Source: Myxococcota bacterium
GTDB lineage: Bacteria; Myxococcota_A; UBA796; CAJQPC01
Direction: 5' to 3'
Assembly (NCBI GenBank): GCA_036012755.1
Contig: DASCPX010000070.1
Span: 64,001 to 128,000 of the forward strand
DNA: 64,000 nucleotides
The notes under the pieces were generated by a model that did no database searches, had not been told where the DNA came from, and saw only the letters and a list, made by a program, of their open reading frames with translations. Every line of letters starts with the position of its first letter. Within the stretch, counting starts at the first letter, position 1. A program made the position numbers and the translations under genes. Below are positions 19,800 through 29,695 of this stretch, one piece after another.

Positions 19800-21490
19800 T
19801 CCTCGATGCCAGGGTCGGTCGGCGACTCGGCCTGTTCTCTCTCTACCTCTTCGGTGTGCTCCTTCTCCGTCGCCGTGGACTCCACCGTGCGGGCCTCCAG
19901 GCTGTCGGTCCGGCCTTCCATGCCGTGCTTCGGATCTGCTGCGTCCGCTTCGTCGGTGACGATGCCGATGTCGTCGCCCTCGAGCCTCGCCATCATCGCG
20001 GTCACGCTGGAGTCACCGGCGATGTTGGTGGCGGTGCGGAACATGTCGAGGATGCGGTCGACACCGATGACCAGCGCGATGCCCTCGGCCGGCACGCCGA
20101 TGGCGGTGAGCACCATCGCCAGGGTGACCATGCCCGCCCCGGGCACCCCGGCGGCGCCGACGCTGGCCAGGGTGGCGGTGCCGACGATGGCGGCCTGGTC
20201 GCCGAGCGTCAGGTCCATGCCGTAGATCTGCGCGATGAAGATGGCGGCGACGCCCTGGTAGAGCGCCGTGCCGTCCATGTTGACCGTCGCGCCGAGGGGC
20301 AGGACGAAGCTGGTGACGGCAGGGCTGACCCGGAGCTTGTCTTCGCAACACTCCATCGTGACCGGCAGCGTGGCAGAGGAAGACGAGGTCGAGAAGCCGA
20401 CCAGCAGCGCCTCCTTCATGGCGCTCAGGAAGCCGAAAAACGGCAGCTTTGCGCCGAAGCGGATGATCAGCCCGTAGGTGATGCACAGGTGGAGCAGCAG
20501 GCCCAAGAGGACCACTCCGCCGTAGGCCATCACGGCCAGGAGCACCGATATGCCGGTGTTCCCGACCACGTCGAAGAGCAGGGTCGCCACACCGATCGGC
20601 GCGATCTTCATGACGAGGTGGACGACCATGACCATGGCCTGGTTGATGCCGTCGAGCATGTCGACGACGGGCTTGGCGCGAGCCACCTGCAACAGCGTGA
20701 GCGCGACTCCCAGCATCACCGCGAAGAAGATGATGGCGAGCATGTCGCCGTCGGCCGCCGCGGCGACCGGGTTGGTCGGTACGATGCCTACGATCTGCTC
20801 CCCGATGGTCGGGGCCTCTGCCGCGCCCTCGACGTAGTCCCCCGCCTTGTTCGAGTAGCTCGATAAGAGCAGCCGCTTGTCGGCGTCGCTGACCAGGGAG
20901 CCAGGATCCAGCAGGTTCGCGAGGGTGACGCCGATGATCAGCGCGACCACGGTCGTGCCCGTGAAGGTGAGCAGGGTTCGCCCACCGATGCGTCCCAGCT
21001 TGCGGAAGTCGCCCAGGGAGGCGAGGCCCACCACCAGCGAGCAGAACACCAGCGGCACGACGACCATCTTGATGAGCTGGAGGAAGAGCTTGCCGATCCA
21101 GACCGTCCACGCCACGAGCGAGTCGCCCAGGGGCGAGTAGGTCCGGTAGGTCTCTCGCCCGCTGTCCACCCAGCCCGTCGCGCTGTCTCCCTCTGGGACC
21201 TCGACGCCGTCCGCGGCCAGCCGGAGCTTGTCGGCGTTGGAGAGATCCCACTGGACCTGGACCCAGGCGCGCCCATCGTCGCTCCATGTGGCGCCGGTGA
21301 GCTCCGCCTTGGCCTCGCCGGCGGCGAGCCCCTCTTCTACGCCCTGGGGCGCGCCGTCCTGGTCCGCATAGACCGGCAGATCGCCCAGTCGAACGCCATC
21401 CTGGGGCATCAGCGAGCTGTTGGGTCCGAGGAGAAAGCCAGCCAGGATGCCGATGAACATCCCGATGAGGATCTTGGTGTAGAGCTTCAC
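19796..21490 (-). CDS. dicarboxylate/amino acid:cation symporter (DAACS, GltP-like)
   Basis: FSTSSSSATLP, PLGATVNMDGTALY, GVDRILDMFRTATN; extra soluble insert after TM1. Confidence 0.95.
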   Translation of the reverse strand: MKLYTKILIGMFIGILAGFLLGPNSSLMPQDGVRLGDLPVYADQDGAPQGVEEGLAAGEAKAELTGATWSDDGRAWVQVQWDLSNADKLRLAADGVEVPEGDSATGWVDSGRETYRTYSPLGDSLVAWTVWIGKLFLQLIKMVVVPLVFCSLVVGLASLGDFRKLGRIGGRTLLTFTGTTVVALIIGVTLANLLDPGSLVSDADKRLLLSSYSNKAGDYVEGAAEAPTIGEQIVGIVPTNPVAAAADGDMLAIIFFAVMLGVALTLLQVARAKPVVDMLDGINQAMVMVVHLVMKIAPIGVATLLFDVVGNTGISVLLAVMAYGGVVLLGLLLHLCITYGLIIRFGAKLPFFGFLSAMKEALLVGFSTSSSSATLPVTMECCEDKLRVSPAVTSFVLPLGATVNMDGTALYQGVAAIFIAQIYGMDLTLGDQAAIVGTATLASVGAAGVPGAGMVTLAMVLTAIGVPAEGIALVIGVDRILDMFRTATNIAGDSSVTAMMARLEGDDIGIVTDEADAADPKHGMEGRTDSLEARTVESTATEKEHTEEVEREQAESPTDPGIEE

Positions 21491-21531
21491 GTCACCACCA
21501 CTGAGCAGCGGGCGAGGCTACCATCGCCGTC

Positions 21532-22758
21532 GTGATCCCCACCCATGTCGTCACCGGCTTCCTGGGCGCAGGAAAGACGACCTTCCTCTTGGACCAGGTC
21601 CGTCGTAGGCCCGAGCGCTGCGCCGTCGTCGTCAACGACTTCGGCGAGGCCCGCATCGACGCAGGCGACTTCAGCGGCGAGGTCCCGGTCATCGACATCC
21701 CCGGTGGCTGTGTCTGTTGCACCGCGCCGGAGAACCTCGTGCCCTCGCTGCGGCTGTTGATCCAACAGGCGCGACCCGACCGGATCTTCATCGAGGCCAC
21801 CGGGCTGGCGCGCCCCGCGGACATCGTCGACACGCTCGCCCGGAGTGATCTCGACCTGTCCCTGGCGCCGGTGATCTGCGTGGTCGATCCTCGCCGCGTG
21901 GACCCCTCTCGCCCCCTGCTCATGGAGCAGATCGACGCCTCGGACATCGTGCTCGCCAACCACGCGGGCGACTGCACCGAAGGGGACTTCACCGCGTTGG
22001 AGAACGCGCTCCAGGGGCGCTACCCGCCGATCCTCGCCGTGGAGCGCTGCGATCGAGGTGTCGTCGACCTCGACGTGCTCGAGCGGCGTCCAGAGGTCCT
22101 GTTCATGCGCGGCGCATCGGGGGCAGCGGCGTCGACCAGCGGCTATGTCGCCGCGAGCCGCGTGTGGCCTGCCGACAAGCTCTTCGACAGGGAGAGGTTG
22201 GTCGCCACCCTGCGCGAGTCCGACGCCGAGCGCGTCAAGGGCCTGTTCCGCACGGACCTTGGTTGGTTCCGCGTCGACCGCGCTGGCGGCGAGGTCCACG
22301 TCCTGGAGAGCCCTCTGCGCAGCGCCTCCGCTGTCGACGTCATCGCGGAGCGGGGGGCCGAGGAGCTGGTCGACCTGCTCGATCAGCTCGACGCCGTCGT
22401 GCTCGACGACGAAGAGGGCATCCGCCTCGGCGAGCACGTCTTGAACCGCTGGGCGCTGGCGGCCCTGCCCGGGCAGGTAGATGACGTCGGGGTCCTCGTG
22501 CCTGGAAAGGAGGGTCGCGGGGTGCGCTTGGTCGAGGTCCTCGATCTGGCCGACGGCGAGCACTTCATAGTCGTGGCCAGCGACGGGATGACCACGCAGC
22601 CGGTGCCCGTCGCGGCCGCCGGAGTCGCCGTCCTGGTCCACAGCCTGTCGGGGGACCTGCCGCTGCCAGAGGACCTCGGCGGGCCCTTCCGATTGCTCGC
22701 GCCGAAGGGCGGGACCTGCTCCAACGTGAAAGGCGTCGTACGCATCGAGGTCCTATGA
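21532..22758 (+). CDS. COG0523/CobW-family GTPase metallochaperone with extra C-terminal domain
   Basis: GFLGAGKTT, NDFG, GCVCC, EATG; C-terminal ASDG...GGPFRLL...NVKGV.RIEV. Confidence 0.85.
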   Translation: MIPTHVVTGFLGAGKTTFLLDQVRRRPERCAVVVNDFGEARIDAGDFSGEVPVIDIPGGCVCCTAPENLVPSLRLLIQQARPDRIFIEATGLARPADIVDTLARSDLDLSLAPVICVVDPRRVDPSRPLLMEQIDASDIVLANHAGDCTEGDFTALENALQGRYPPILAVERCDRGVVDLDVLERRPEVLFMRGASGAAASTSGYVAASRVWPADKLFDRERLVATLRESDAERVKGLFRTDLGWFRVDRAGGEVHVLESPLRSASAVDVIAERGAEELVDLLDQLDAVVLDDEEGIRLGEHVLNRWALAALPGQVDDVGVLVPGKEGRGVRLVEVLDLADGEHFIVVASDGMTTQPVPVAAAGVAVLVHSLSGDLPLPEDLGGPFRLLAPKGGTCSNVKGVVRIEVL

Positions 22759-24065
22759 GGTGGCGAGGTTGTGGAATCACCCTGGACGTGCGCCGGATGG
22801 GCCTCGTCGCGCTCGACTCGGGGAGGCGCGAGGCGGCCCTGGAGGCGATGCGCAAGCTCGAGGCAGGCGCGATCGCGAACCCCGACGAGGGGCGACGGGT
22901 CGGTCACTACTGGCTGCGCGCCCCTGGTCGAAGCCCGGAGGGGCCCGCGATCGCCGCGGAGTGGGAGGCCATCGAGGCGCTGGCGCGGAAGGCCGAGGAC
23001 TATGACCACCTCGTCCTCTGCGGCATCGGCGGCTCCGCCCTCGGTCCCCAGCTGCTGGCCTCGGCGCTCCCGCGCTTCGGCCTGCGGCCTGTCTTCCTCG
23101 ACAACACGGATCCTGTGGGCGTCGCAGATGCCCTCGACGACCTCGAGCTCTCTCGTGCGCTGATCCTCGTCGTCAGCAAGTCCGGGGGGACCAAGGAGAC
23201 GAAGAACAACCTCGCAGAGGTGCGAGCGCGCTGTCCAGACCTCGCCGAGCGCGCAGTCGCCATCACCTGTGAGGGCTCTCCTTTGTGGGACGAGGCCGAA
23301 GGCTGGCTCGCCCGCCTGCGCATCTGGGACTGGGTCGGCGGACGGACCAGCGTCACCTCCGCGGTCGGGCTGTTGCCGATGGCCCTGATGGGCCAGGACT
23401 GGCGGGGCTTGCTCAGAGGCGCGGCCGCGATGGACGAGGCCACCCGCGCGCCAGAGGACAACCCAGCGCTCATGCTGGCCGAGGCCTGGTGGCAGGCCCG
23501 CCCCCGAGCGATGGTGGTGTTGCCCTACCGCGACCGCCTGGCGCTGCTCGGCCGCTACCTCCAGCAGCTCGTGAGCGAGTCCCTCGGCAAGGAGGGTCAG
23601 GGGATCACTGTCTACGGGAACAAGGGCAGCACGGACCAGCACGCCTACGTCCAGCAGCTGCGCGACGGCCCGGACGACTTCTTCGCCACCTTCGTCCACG
23701 GCCACGGTCGCACCCTCGGGGTCGAGGTCGAGCCGGGCGTCCACTCGGCTGACTACCTGGTGGGCTTCCTCATCGGGACTCGCAAGGCGCTGTCCGAGGC
23801 GGGCCGGAGGAGCTTGACCATCATCCTCGACGACCTCACGGCCGTGCACCTCGGGGCCCTCATCGCGCTGCATGAGCGAGCCGTCGGTTTCTACGCGAGC
23901 TTTGCTGGCATCAACGCCTACCACCAGCCTGGAGTAGAGGCCGGGAAGCGAGGCGCCGCAGAGGCCCTCCGGCTCATAGCGCGCTTGAAGCTCGGCGAGG
24001 ATCTCGACCACACCGATGATGTGGAGCTGCTGGCGGATCACCTCAGACGCACTCGGAGGCTCTGA
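22755..24065 (+). CDS. pgi: glucose-6-phosphate isomerase
   Basis: GIGGSALG, SKSGGTKET, VGGRTSV, QQLVSESLGK, GSTDQH, HQPGVEAGK. Confidence 0.93.
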   Translation: MRWRGCGITLDVRRMGLVALDSGRREAALEAMRKLEAGAIANPDEGRRVGHYWLRAPGRSPEGPAIAAEWEAIEALARKAEDYDHLVLCGIGGSALGPQLLASALPRFGLRPVFLDNTDPVGVADALDDLELSRALILVVSKSGGTKETKNNLAEVRARCPDLAERAVAITCEGSPLWDEAEGWLARLRIWDWVGGRTSVTSAVGLLPMALMGQDWRGLLRGAAAMDEATRAPEDNPALMLAEAWWQARPRAMVVLPYRDRLALLGRYLQQLVSESLGKEGQGITVYGNKGSTDQHAYVQQLRDGPDDFFATFVHGHGRTLGVEVEPGVHSADYLVGFLIGTRKALSEAGRRSLTIILDDLTAVHLGALIALHERAVGFYASFAGINAYHQPGVEAGKRGAAEALRLIARLKLGEDLDHTDDVELLADHLRRTRRL

Positions 24066-24124
24066 GGCGGTGCACCAAGCGCTGGTGACCCTCGTGTGAG
24101 GGATCCAGGCCCCGATTCACCGAT

Positions 24125-25495
24125 TCACTCCGCCAGGAGCTCCTCGGCGGCCTCGTGCATCTCCTCCACCTGGGGGAACAGGATCTCCTCCAGCGAGCCC
24201 TCGAAAGCCGCCGTCGAGCTCAGGGTCGTGTAGGGCTCCTGCTCCTCCAGCGCGTAGGGCTCGACCAGGTCGTGGTAGCGGGTCATGCGCTGTCTTTGTG
24301 TCTCGAGCTCGAAGGGCGTCTCGACCATCTCCGCCATGTGCTCCAGGTAGCGCTCGCGGTAGACCGGGTCGTCTGCCAGGTAGCGGATCAGGGGCCAGTC
24401 GTCGTCCACCTCGTCCATGCCCAGGGTCAGGGGCGCTGCGTGGCCCTCCCAGCCGTAGCTCATGTTGAAGTCCCAGGGGATCCACACCAGCCGGCCGTCC
24501 TCTTCGGGGTCGCCGTAGAGGTAGTAGTTGTGGGACATGTTGCCGTAGCTGTCCCAGTTCTCCAGCAGGTTGTTCAGGGCCAGGTAGCGCAGGAAGGCGT
24601 CGACCTCGAAGGTGGCCTCGAGCCCCTCTCTCCAGGCCTCGGCGTCGCTGCGGTCGGCGTTGAGGGCATCCACGAAGGCCTCGACGTCGCCGAAGTCGTC
24701 CTCGGCCTCGTTGGTCTTCTTCTCGAAGCCGGTCGCGTCGAACTCCATCAGCTGGGCGGGACCCCCCTCGGGCTTGTAGGCGTTGCCGCTGTCGCCTCCG
24801 AACCAGTCGTCCAGCATCTCCCCCGCGGGGTCCTCGAAGGCGGTGTAGAGCCCCCAGAAGACCGGCCCGTCCCCGACATCGACGTAGACGCGCATGAAGC
24901 CACCCCGTGCCGCGGGCACGCCCGCATCTCGGAAGGTCTCCGCGGTCGCCTTGTCCCGGATCAGGCTGTCGTCCTTGAATCCGCTGGAGAACTTCAGGAC
25001 CTTGAAGCCCCAGAAGCGCTGGTCCTCGATCTCCGGGATGTCGTCCTCGAACTGGTCGAACTCCAGGCGGAAGGGCAGCTTGCCGGAGCCCTCCATGTAA
25101 GCCTGCATCAGGCTGGAGTTCCCCTTGAAGCGCATGCCCACGCTCGGCCAGGTGCGGTCGTCGAAGGAGACGTCGACCGGCACGTAGACCGGGTCAGCCA
25201 GCGCTTCTGGCGGCTCGCCCCCGGGTCCTCCTCCTCCCGGCCCGCCTCCTCCGGGTCCTCCGTCCATGTCCCCGTAGAGCGCATCGAGGTCATCCACCAT
25301 GACCTGCCACCTCGCATCGCAGATGCTGATGTCGAGGCGAGGCACGGCATCCTCTGGCAAGACGAGGTCGGCCTGGCCGTCGACCCCCTTGGCGTGAGAG
25401 GTCTCGGACCAGCCGACGGCTTCCATGCTCGTGCAGTCGTCGTCGGAGTTGGTGGTGGTTTCAGGGCTGCAGGCGAGTACAAGGTAGAGAAGCAA
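24125..25495 (-). CDS. CotH kinase family lipoprotein
   Basis: VGMRFKGNSS, KLPFRLEFD, GLYT..E, NWDSY...HNYYLY, WIPWDFN; leader MLLYLVLAC. Confidence 0.9.
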   Translation of the reverse strand: MLLYLVLACSPETTTNSDDDCTSMEAVGWSETSHAKGVDGQADLVLPEDAVPRLDISICDARWQVMVDDLDALYGDMDGGPGGGGPGGGGPGGEPPEALADPVYVPVDVSFDDRTWPSVGMRFKGNSSLMQAYMEGSGKLPFRLEFDQFEDDIPEIEDQRFWGFKVLKFSSGFKDDSLIRDKATAETFRDAGVPAARGGFMRVYVDVGDGPVFWGLYTAFEDPAGEMLDDWFGGDSGNAYKPEGGPAQLMEFDATGFEKKTNEAEDDFGDVEAFVDALNADRSDAEAWREGLEATFEVDAFLRYLALNNLLENWDSYGNMSHNYYLYGDPEEDGRLVWIPWDFNMSYGWEGHAAPLTLGMDEVDDDWPLIRYLADDPVYRERYLEHMAEMVETPFELETQRQRMTRYHDLVEPYALEEQEPYTTLSSTAAFEGSLEEILFPQVEEMHEAAEELLAE

Positions 25496-25562
25496 CGCGC
25501 ACTCGTGACAGGGGTCACCAGGTAAACGCAGCAGGGCGGAAAACCTGTGCCGGATACTCCTA

Positions 25563-27233
25563 TTACTTCAGCGCCTCCTCCGCGTAGGCCTCCAGCTGGC
25601 TCCAGTCCCCGGTCCAGGTCGTGTACATCATCCCGGCGAGCTCGATCCCGGCGGCCTCCTCCTTTTCCGAGGCCGCGGAGGCCGCGCCGTCGCCGCTGTC
25701 GTAGAAGCCGGCGATGACCTGGTCGTGGCCGAGGCCGTCGAAGTGGGCCAGGGACTCCGGGCTGTGGAGCCAGTTCACCAGCAGCACGTCCTGCTCCAGC
25801 CCCTCCCAGCTCCCGGAGATGTCTCCGTCGACGAGGTAGTAGTCGTCGTGGGCGTTGTGGTTGGGGTCGAACATGTCCGACCAGACCAACAGCCGGGACC
25901 CCGGCCGCGCGGTCTCCACCGCGGCCTGGATCGAGACCATGTGGTCGGCCAGGAGTTCGCCGGCGCTCTGGCCAGTTCCGGCGCAGGCCCCGCAGGTGTT
26001 CATGTGGCGCATCTCGTCGTGCATCGAGAACACCGCCGGGGCCTCCGGGAAGCGCTCCGCGACCGCAGCGAGGTTGTCCGCCACCCAGGTGTGGACCGCG
26101 GGCTCGGTCAGGCAGGCGCCGACCTGGTAGCCGTAGACCGGCGCGACCGCGTAGTAGTCGAGTTCGACACGGTCTCCGACCGACAAGGAGCTCCCCTCCG
26201 GCACCGTGATCACGACCGGCTCGTGCCACTCGTCGAAGGTGCCGTCGTCCCTCAGTCGCGTGTCGACGAGGTCGTCGAGGTCCACCCCCTCGATCAGCTC
26301 GCGGCCATCCGAGCGGGCGTCGATGGGAGCCCCGTCCCGGCGGATCAGGTTCACCGGGGCGGTCTCGGTCACGCTCACGTCGTCGAACCACGCAGTGCCC
26401 GAGTGGTTGCCCCAGACGCCCAGGTAGAGCGAGACGGTCTGCGCCTCTGCCGTGTTGACCGTGATGTCGTAGCGGGTCCAGTCCTGGGTCGAGGACATCT
26501 CCCAGGTGGTGCTGTTCAGCGAGCGCCCGGCGTCGGTGTCGTAGAGCATCACGTTGAACCAGTCCGCCGAGAAGTCCTGGGTCTTCAGGCGGAACGAGAC
26601 GTGGAGCTGGCGGTGGGGCTCGACGTCCAGGGTCTGGACCAGGCGGGCGTTGTCCGAGCCCTCCTCGACACGGGCCGCGCCGTCGTCCGCGCTGACTCCG
26701 TCGTCCCACCAGGTCCAGCCGGCGAGGCCCGAGCTGAAGTCGCCGCCGGGCAGGGACACCTCGGAGTCCACCTCGAGCACCCCGGCGCTGCCCACGACGA
26801 AGGGCTGGGCGACCACCGCCTGGCCCTCCGCGAGGTTGGCGTCGCTTCGCAGGATGCCCTCGCTGTAGCCGAAGGGCAGCACCGCGGGGATGGCCACCAT
26901 GCCGTGCTCCTCGATCCGCGCGAGCAGCGCGGCGAGGTGCTCGTCGTAGGTCTCGTCCAGGGCGCCGGTGTGCAGCAGGTGGACCTTGAAGTCCGCCACC
27001 ACGACCCCGGTGTAGCCAGCGGCTGCGGCCCTATCGACGATGGACAGGGCCTCGTCGAGGTTCTCGTCCACGAGGAGGTTGTGGCGCAGGTAGATCCAGA
27101 GCTGGAAGCCCTCTGGCCAGTCGGCCTCCGGAGGCTCGCTCTCGAGAGGCTCGCTCTCCGAGACGAGTCGGCTGTCGTCTTGGGGCTCGGGGGTGCTCGA
27201 GGGAGAAGGGCAGGCGAGCAAGGCGAAGAGCAT
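25563..27233 (-). CDS. lipoprotein with CBM4/9-like domain inserted in a glycoside hydrolase-like TIM barrel
   Basis: Leader MLFALLAC; GDFS.G...W, G.AWFDDVSV (CBM); HDEMR and VWSDMF (GH20-like). Confidence 0.7.
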   Translation of the reverse strand: MLFALLACPSPSSTPEPQDDSRLVSESEPLESEPPEADWPEGFQLWIYLRHNLLVDENLDEALSIVDRAAAAGYTGVVVADFKVHLLHTGALDETYDEHLAALLARIEEHGMVAIPAVLPFGYSEGILRSDANLAEGQAVVAQPFVVGSAGVLEVDSEVSLPGGDFSSGLAGWTWWDDGVSADDGAARVEEGSDNARLVQTLDVEPHRQLHVSFRLKTQDFSADWFNVMLYDTDAGRSLNSTTWEMSSTQDWTRYDITVNTAEAQTVSLYLGVWGNHSGTAWFDDVSVTETAPVNLIRRDGAPIDARSDGRELIEGVDLDDLVDTRLRDDGTFDEWHEPVVITVPEGSSLSVGDRVELDYYAVAPVYGYQVGACLTEPAVHTWVADNLAAVAERFPEAPAVFSMHDEMRHMNTCGACAGTGQSAGELLADHMVSIQAAVETARPGSRLLVWSDMFDPNHNAHDDYYLVDGDISGSWEGLEQDVLLVNWLHSPESLAHFDGLGHDQVIAGFYDSGDGAASAASEKEEAAGIELAGMMYTTWTGDWSQLEAYAEEALK

Positions 27234-27480
27234 GGAGCGGTCTAACTCGCGTCCCGATGGCCTCGGTGTGGTTTCTGGCATCTGCGCGCTCCTCGGGCCC
27301 TGGCTCCTGGCGCTGGTCCTGCTCCGACGACGCCCCGTCTTCCGAGCGGACGACCTCGGCTGAACCCAGCGCTCACGACGTTTCGAGCGCGACGACTCCA
27401 GGAGCAACGTGATCGTCACGACCCGGGCCCGATTCGCCTGATAGACCGGCGTCAATCGAGATCCACTGCCCGAGGAGCCC

Positions 27481-29664
27481 ATGTCCGCCACCGCCCGTTT
27501 CGCTGCGATCCAGACCGCCAACTCCCGCACCCCCCGCAAGATGCAGCGCATCCAGGGAGAGGACGGGCGTCCCCTGACCGCAGCCGAGCTCTACGGCCGG
27601 AACACCTTCTCCCTCGAGTTGATGGGGAACAAGCTCCCCAAGGCGGTCTTCAAGCGCGTCGAGGCGAGCATCCTCAGGGGAGCCACCCTCGAGGCGGCTG
27701 ACGCCGATGTCATCGCCCACGCCGTGAAGGAGTGGGCGCTGGATTGCGGCTGCACGCACTTCACGCACTGGTTCCAGCCGATGACCGGCTCCACCGCCGA
27801 GAAGCACGACGCCTTCCTCACCTTCGACGGCGAGGGCCGGGCCATCGAGCGCTTCAGCGGCTCCATGCTCATCCAGTCCGAGCCGGACGCCTCCAGCTTC
27901 CCCTCGGGCGGCATGCGCTCGACCTTCGAGGCCCGCGGCTACACGGCCTGGGATCCCTCCAGCCCGATGTTCATCATGGAGGGCGACAACGGCAAGACGC
28001 TCTGCATCCCCTCGGCCTTCATCAGCTACACCGGCGAGGCCCTGGACAAGAAGACGCCGCTGTTGCGGTCCATGCAGGCCATCAACGCCGCGGCCAACAC
28101 GCTGTTGGCCAGCCTCGGCATGGAGCCCACCCACGTCACGCCCACGCTGGGCTGCGAGCAGGAGTACTTCCTCGTCGACAGCGCTTACTGGGCCCTGCGC
28201 CCCGACCTCGCCATCGGCGGACGGACCGTCACGGGCGCCGCGCCCCCGAAGGGCCAGAGCCTGGACGACCACTACTTCGGCAGCATCAACGCCCGCGTGC
28301 AGGCCTACATGCAGGAGGTCGAGCAGGAGCTCTACAAGCTCGGCGTCCCGGCCAAGACCCGCCACAACGAGGTCGCTCCCTGCCAGTTCGAGCTGGCTCC
28401 GGTCTACCGCGAGGCCAACGTCGGGGTCGATCACAACCAGCTGACGATGGAGGTCCTCCGCCGCGTCGCGCTGCGCCACGACTTCCGCGTGCTGCTCCAC
28501 GAGAAGCCCTACGCCGACATCAACGGCTCCGGCAAGCACAACAACTGGTCACTGTCGGACTCCAGCGGCGACAACTGGCTCGAGCCCACCGACAGCCCCA
28601 ACGACAACATCCGCTTCCTCGCGGTGCTCGGCGCCGTGCTGCTCGGCGTCCAGCGCTACGGCGGCCTGCTGCGTGCCTCGGTGGCCAGCTACGAGAACGA
28701 CTTCCGGCTCGGCGCGAACGAGGCGCCCCCTGCCATCATGAGCTGCTTCCTGGGCGAGATGCTGACGCGCATCTGCAATGCCCTGGCGGAGGGCGGCAAC
28801 CTCCCGGCCGAGCCGGAGGCTGCGGTCATCGAGCTCGGCGTGAAGAACCTGCCCCACGTCGCAAAGGACAGCACCGACCGGAACCGCACCAGCCCCGTCG
28901 CCTTCACGGGCAACAAGTTCGAGTTCCGCGCGGTCGGCTCCAGCCAGAACCCCGCGTGGCCAGTCACGGTGCTCAACACCATCGTGGCCGAGGGCATGCT
29001 CCAGATCGCCGCCTGGGCCGACGATGCAGGCGGCGGCGCCCTCGGGGCCATGGACGCGATTTCTCGCGCCATGAAGGAGTCCGTCGCCGTCCGGTTCGAG
29101 GGCGACGGCTACAGCGATGAGTGGCTGGCGGAGGCCGAGAAGATCGGGCTCAAGAACCTGCGCAAGACGCCAGAGGCCCTCGACGAGCTCCGCCACGACG
29201 ACGTCGTCAAGGTCTTCGTCAAGCACGGCGTGCTCAGCCCCGCAGAGGTCGAGAGTCGCTACAACGTTCTCTCCGAGCAGTACGTCACGGCGGTCGCCAT
29301 CGAGGCCGACGCGCTTGAGATCGTGGTCGACGAGATGGTCCTCCCGGCAGCCATGGCCGACCGCGCATCCCTGGCCGATGGTCTGAGGGCGCTCTTGGAC
29401 CTGCAGGCTCGCGGCGTGACCGTCGACACCACGCCAGAGGTCGCCCGCCTGGACGCCCTCGGCGGCGCCCTGGCTTCCCTGACCTCGGCCAGGGCCCGGC
29501 TGGACGTGGCGCTGGAGACGGCTGGCCACGACGCCCACGCCAACGTGCGCGAGGTGCTCCCGGTGATGGAGGAGATCCGCGTGGCCGTCGATACCCTCGA
29601 GGGTGTCGTGGCGGACGGCCTGTGGCCGCTCCCGAAGTACCGCGAGATGCTCTTCCTGGTCTGA
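27481..29664 (+). CDS. glnN: glutamine synthetase type III
   Basis: THWFQPMTG.TAEKHDAF, EPDASSFPSGG.RSTFEARGYTAWD, HNEVAP.QFE, NGSGKHNNWS, RLGANEAPP, WPLPKY.EMLF. Confidence 0.96.
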   Translation: MSATARFAAIQTANSRTPRKMQRIQGEDGRPLTAAELYGRNTFSLELMGNKLPKAVFKRVEASILRGATLEAADADVIAHAVKEWALDCGCTHFTHWFQPMTGSTAEKHDAFLTFDGEGRAIERFSGSMLIQSEPDASSFPSGGMRSTFEARGYTAWDPSSPMFIMEGDNGKTLCIPSAFISYTGEALDKKTPLLRSMQAINAAANTLLASLGMEPTHVTPTLGCEQEYFLVDSAYWALRPDLAIGGRTVTGAAPPKGQSLDDHYFGSINARVQAYMQEVEQELYKLGVPAKTRHNEVAPCQFELAPVYREANVGVDHNQLTMEVLRRVALRHDFRVLLHEKPYADINGSGKHNNWSLSDSSGDNWLEPTDSPNDNIRFLAVLGAVLLGVQRYGGLLRASVASYENDFRLGANEAPPAIMSCFLGEMLTRICNALAEGGNLPAEPEAAVIELGVKNLPHVAKDSTDRNRTSPVAFTGNKFEFRAVGSSQNPAWPVTVLNTIVAEGMLQIAAWADDAGGGALGAMDAISRAMKESVAVRFEGDGYSDEWLAEAEKIGLKNLRKTPEALDELRHDDVVKVFVKHGVLSPAEVESRYNVLSEQYVTAVAIEADALEIVVDEMVLPAAMADRASLADGLRALLDLQARGVTVDTTPEVARLDALGGALASLTSARARLDVALETAGHDAHANVREVLPVMEEIRVAVDTLEGVVADGLWPLPKYREMLFLV

Positions 29665-29695
29665 GGCCGCGCCGGAGAGCCGGTACCCTGCGAGC

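Noticed and set aside
25219..25262. GGPGG low-complexity repeat in the CotH gene
   Set aside because: Ordinary flexible linker
27408..27420. Palindrome CGTGA-TCG-TCACG upstream of glnN
   Set aside because: Short, and matches no nitrogen-regulator spacing I can support
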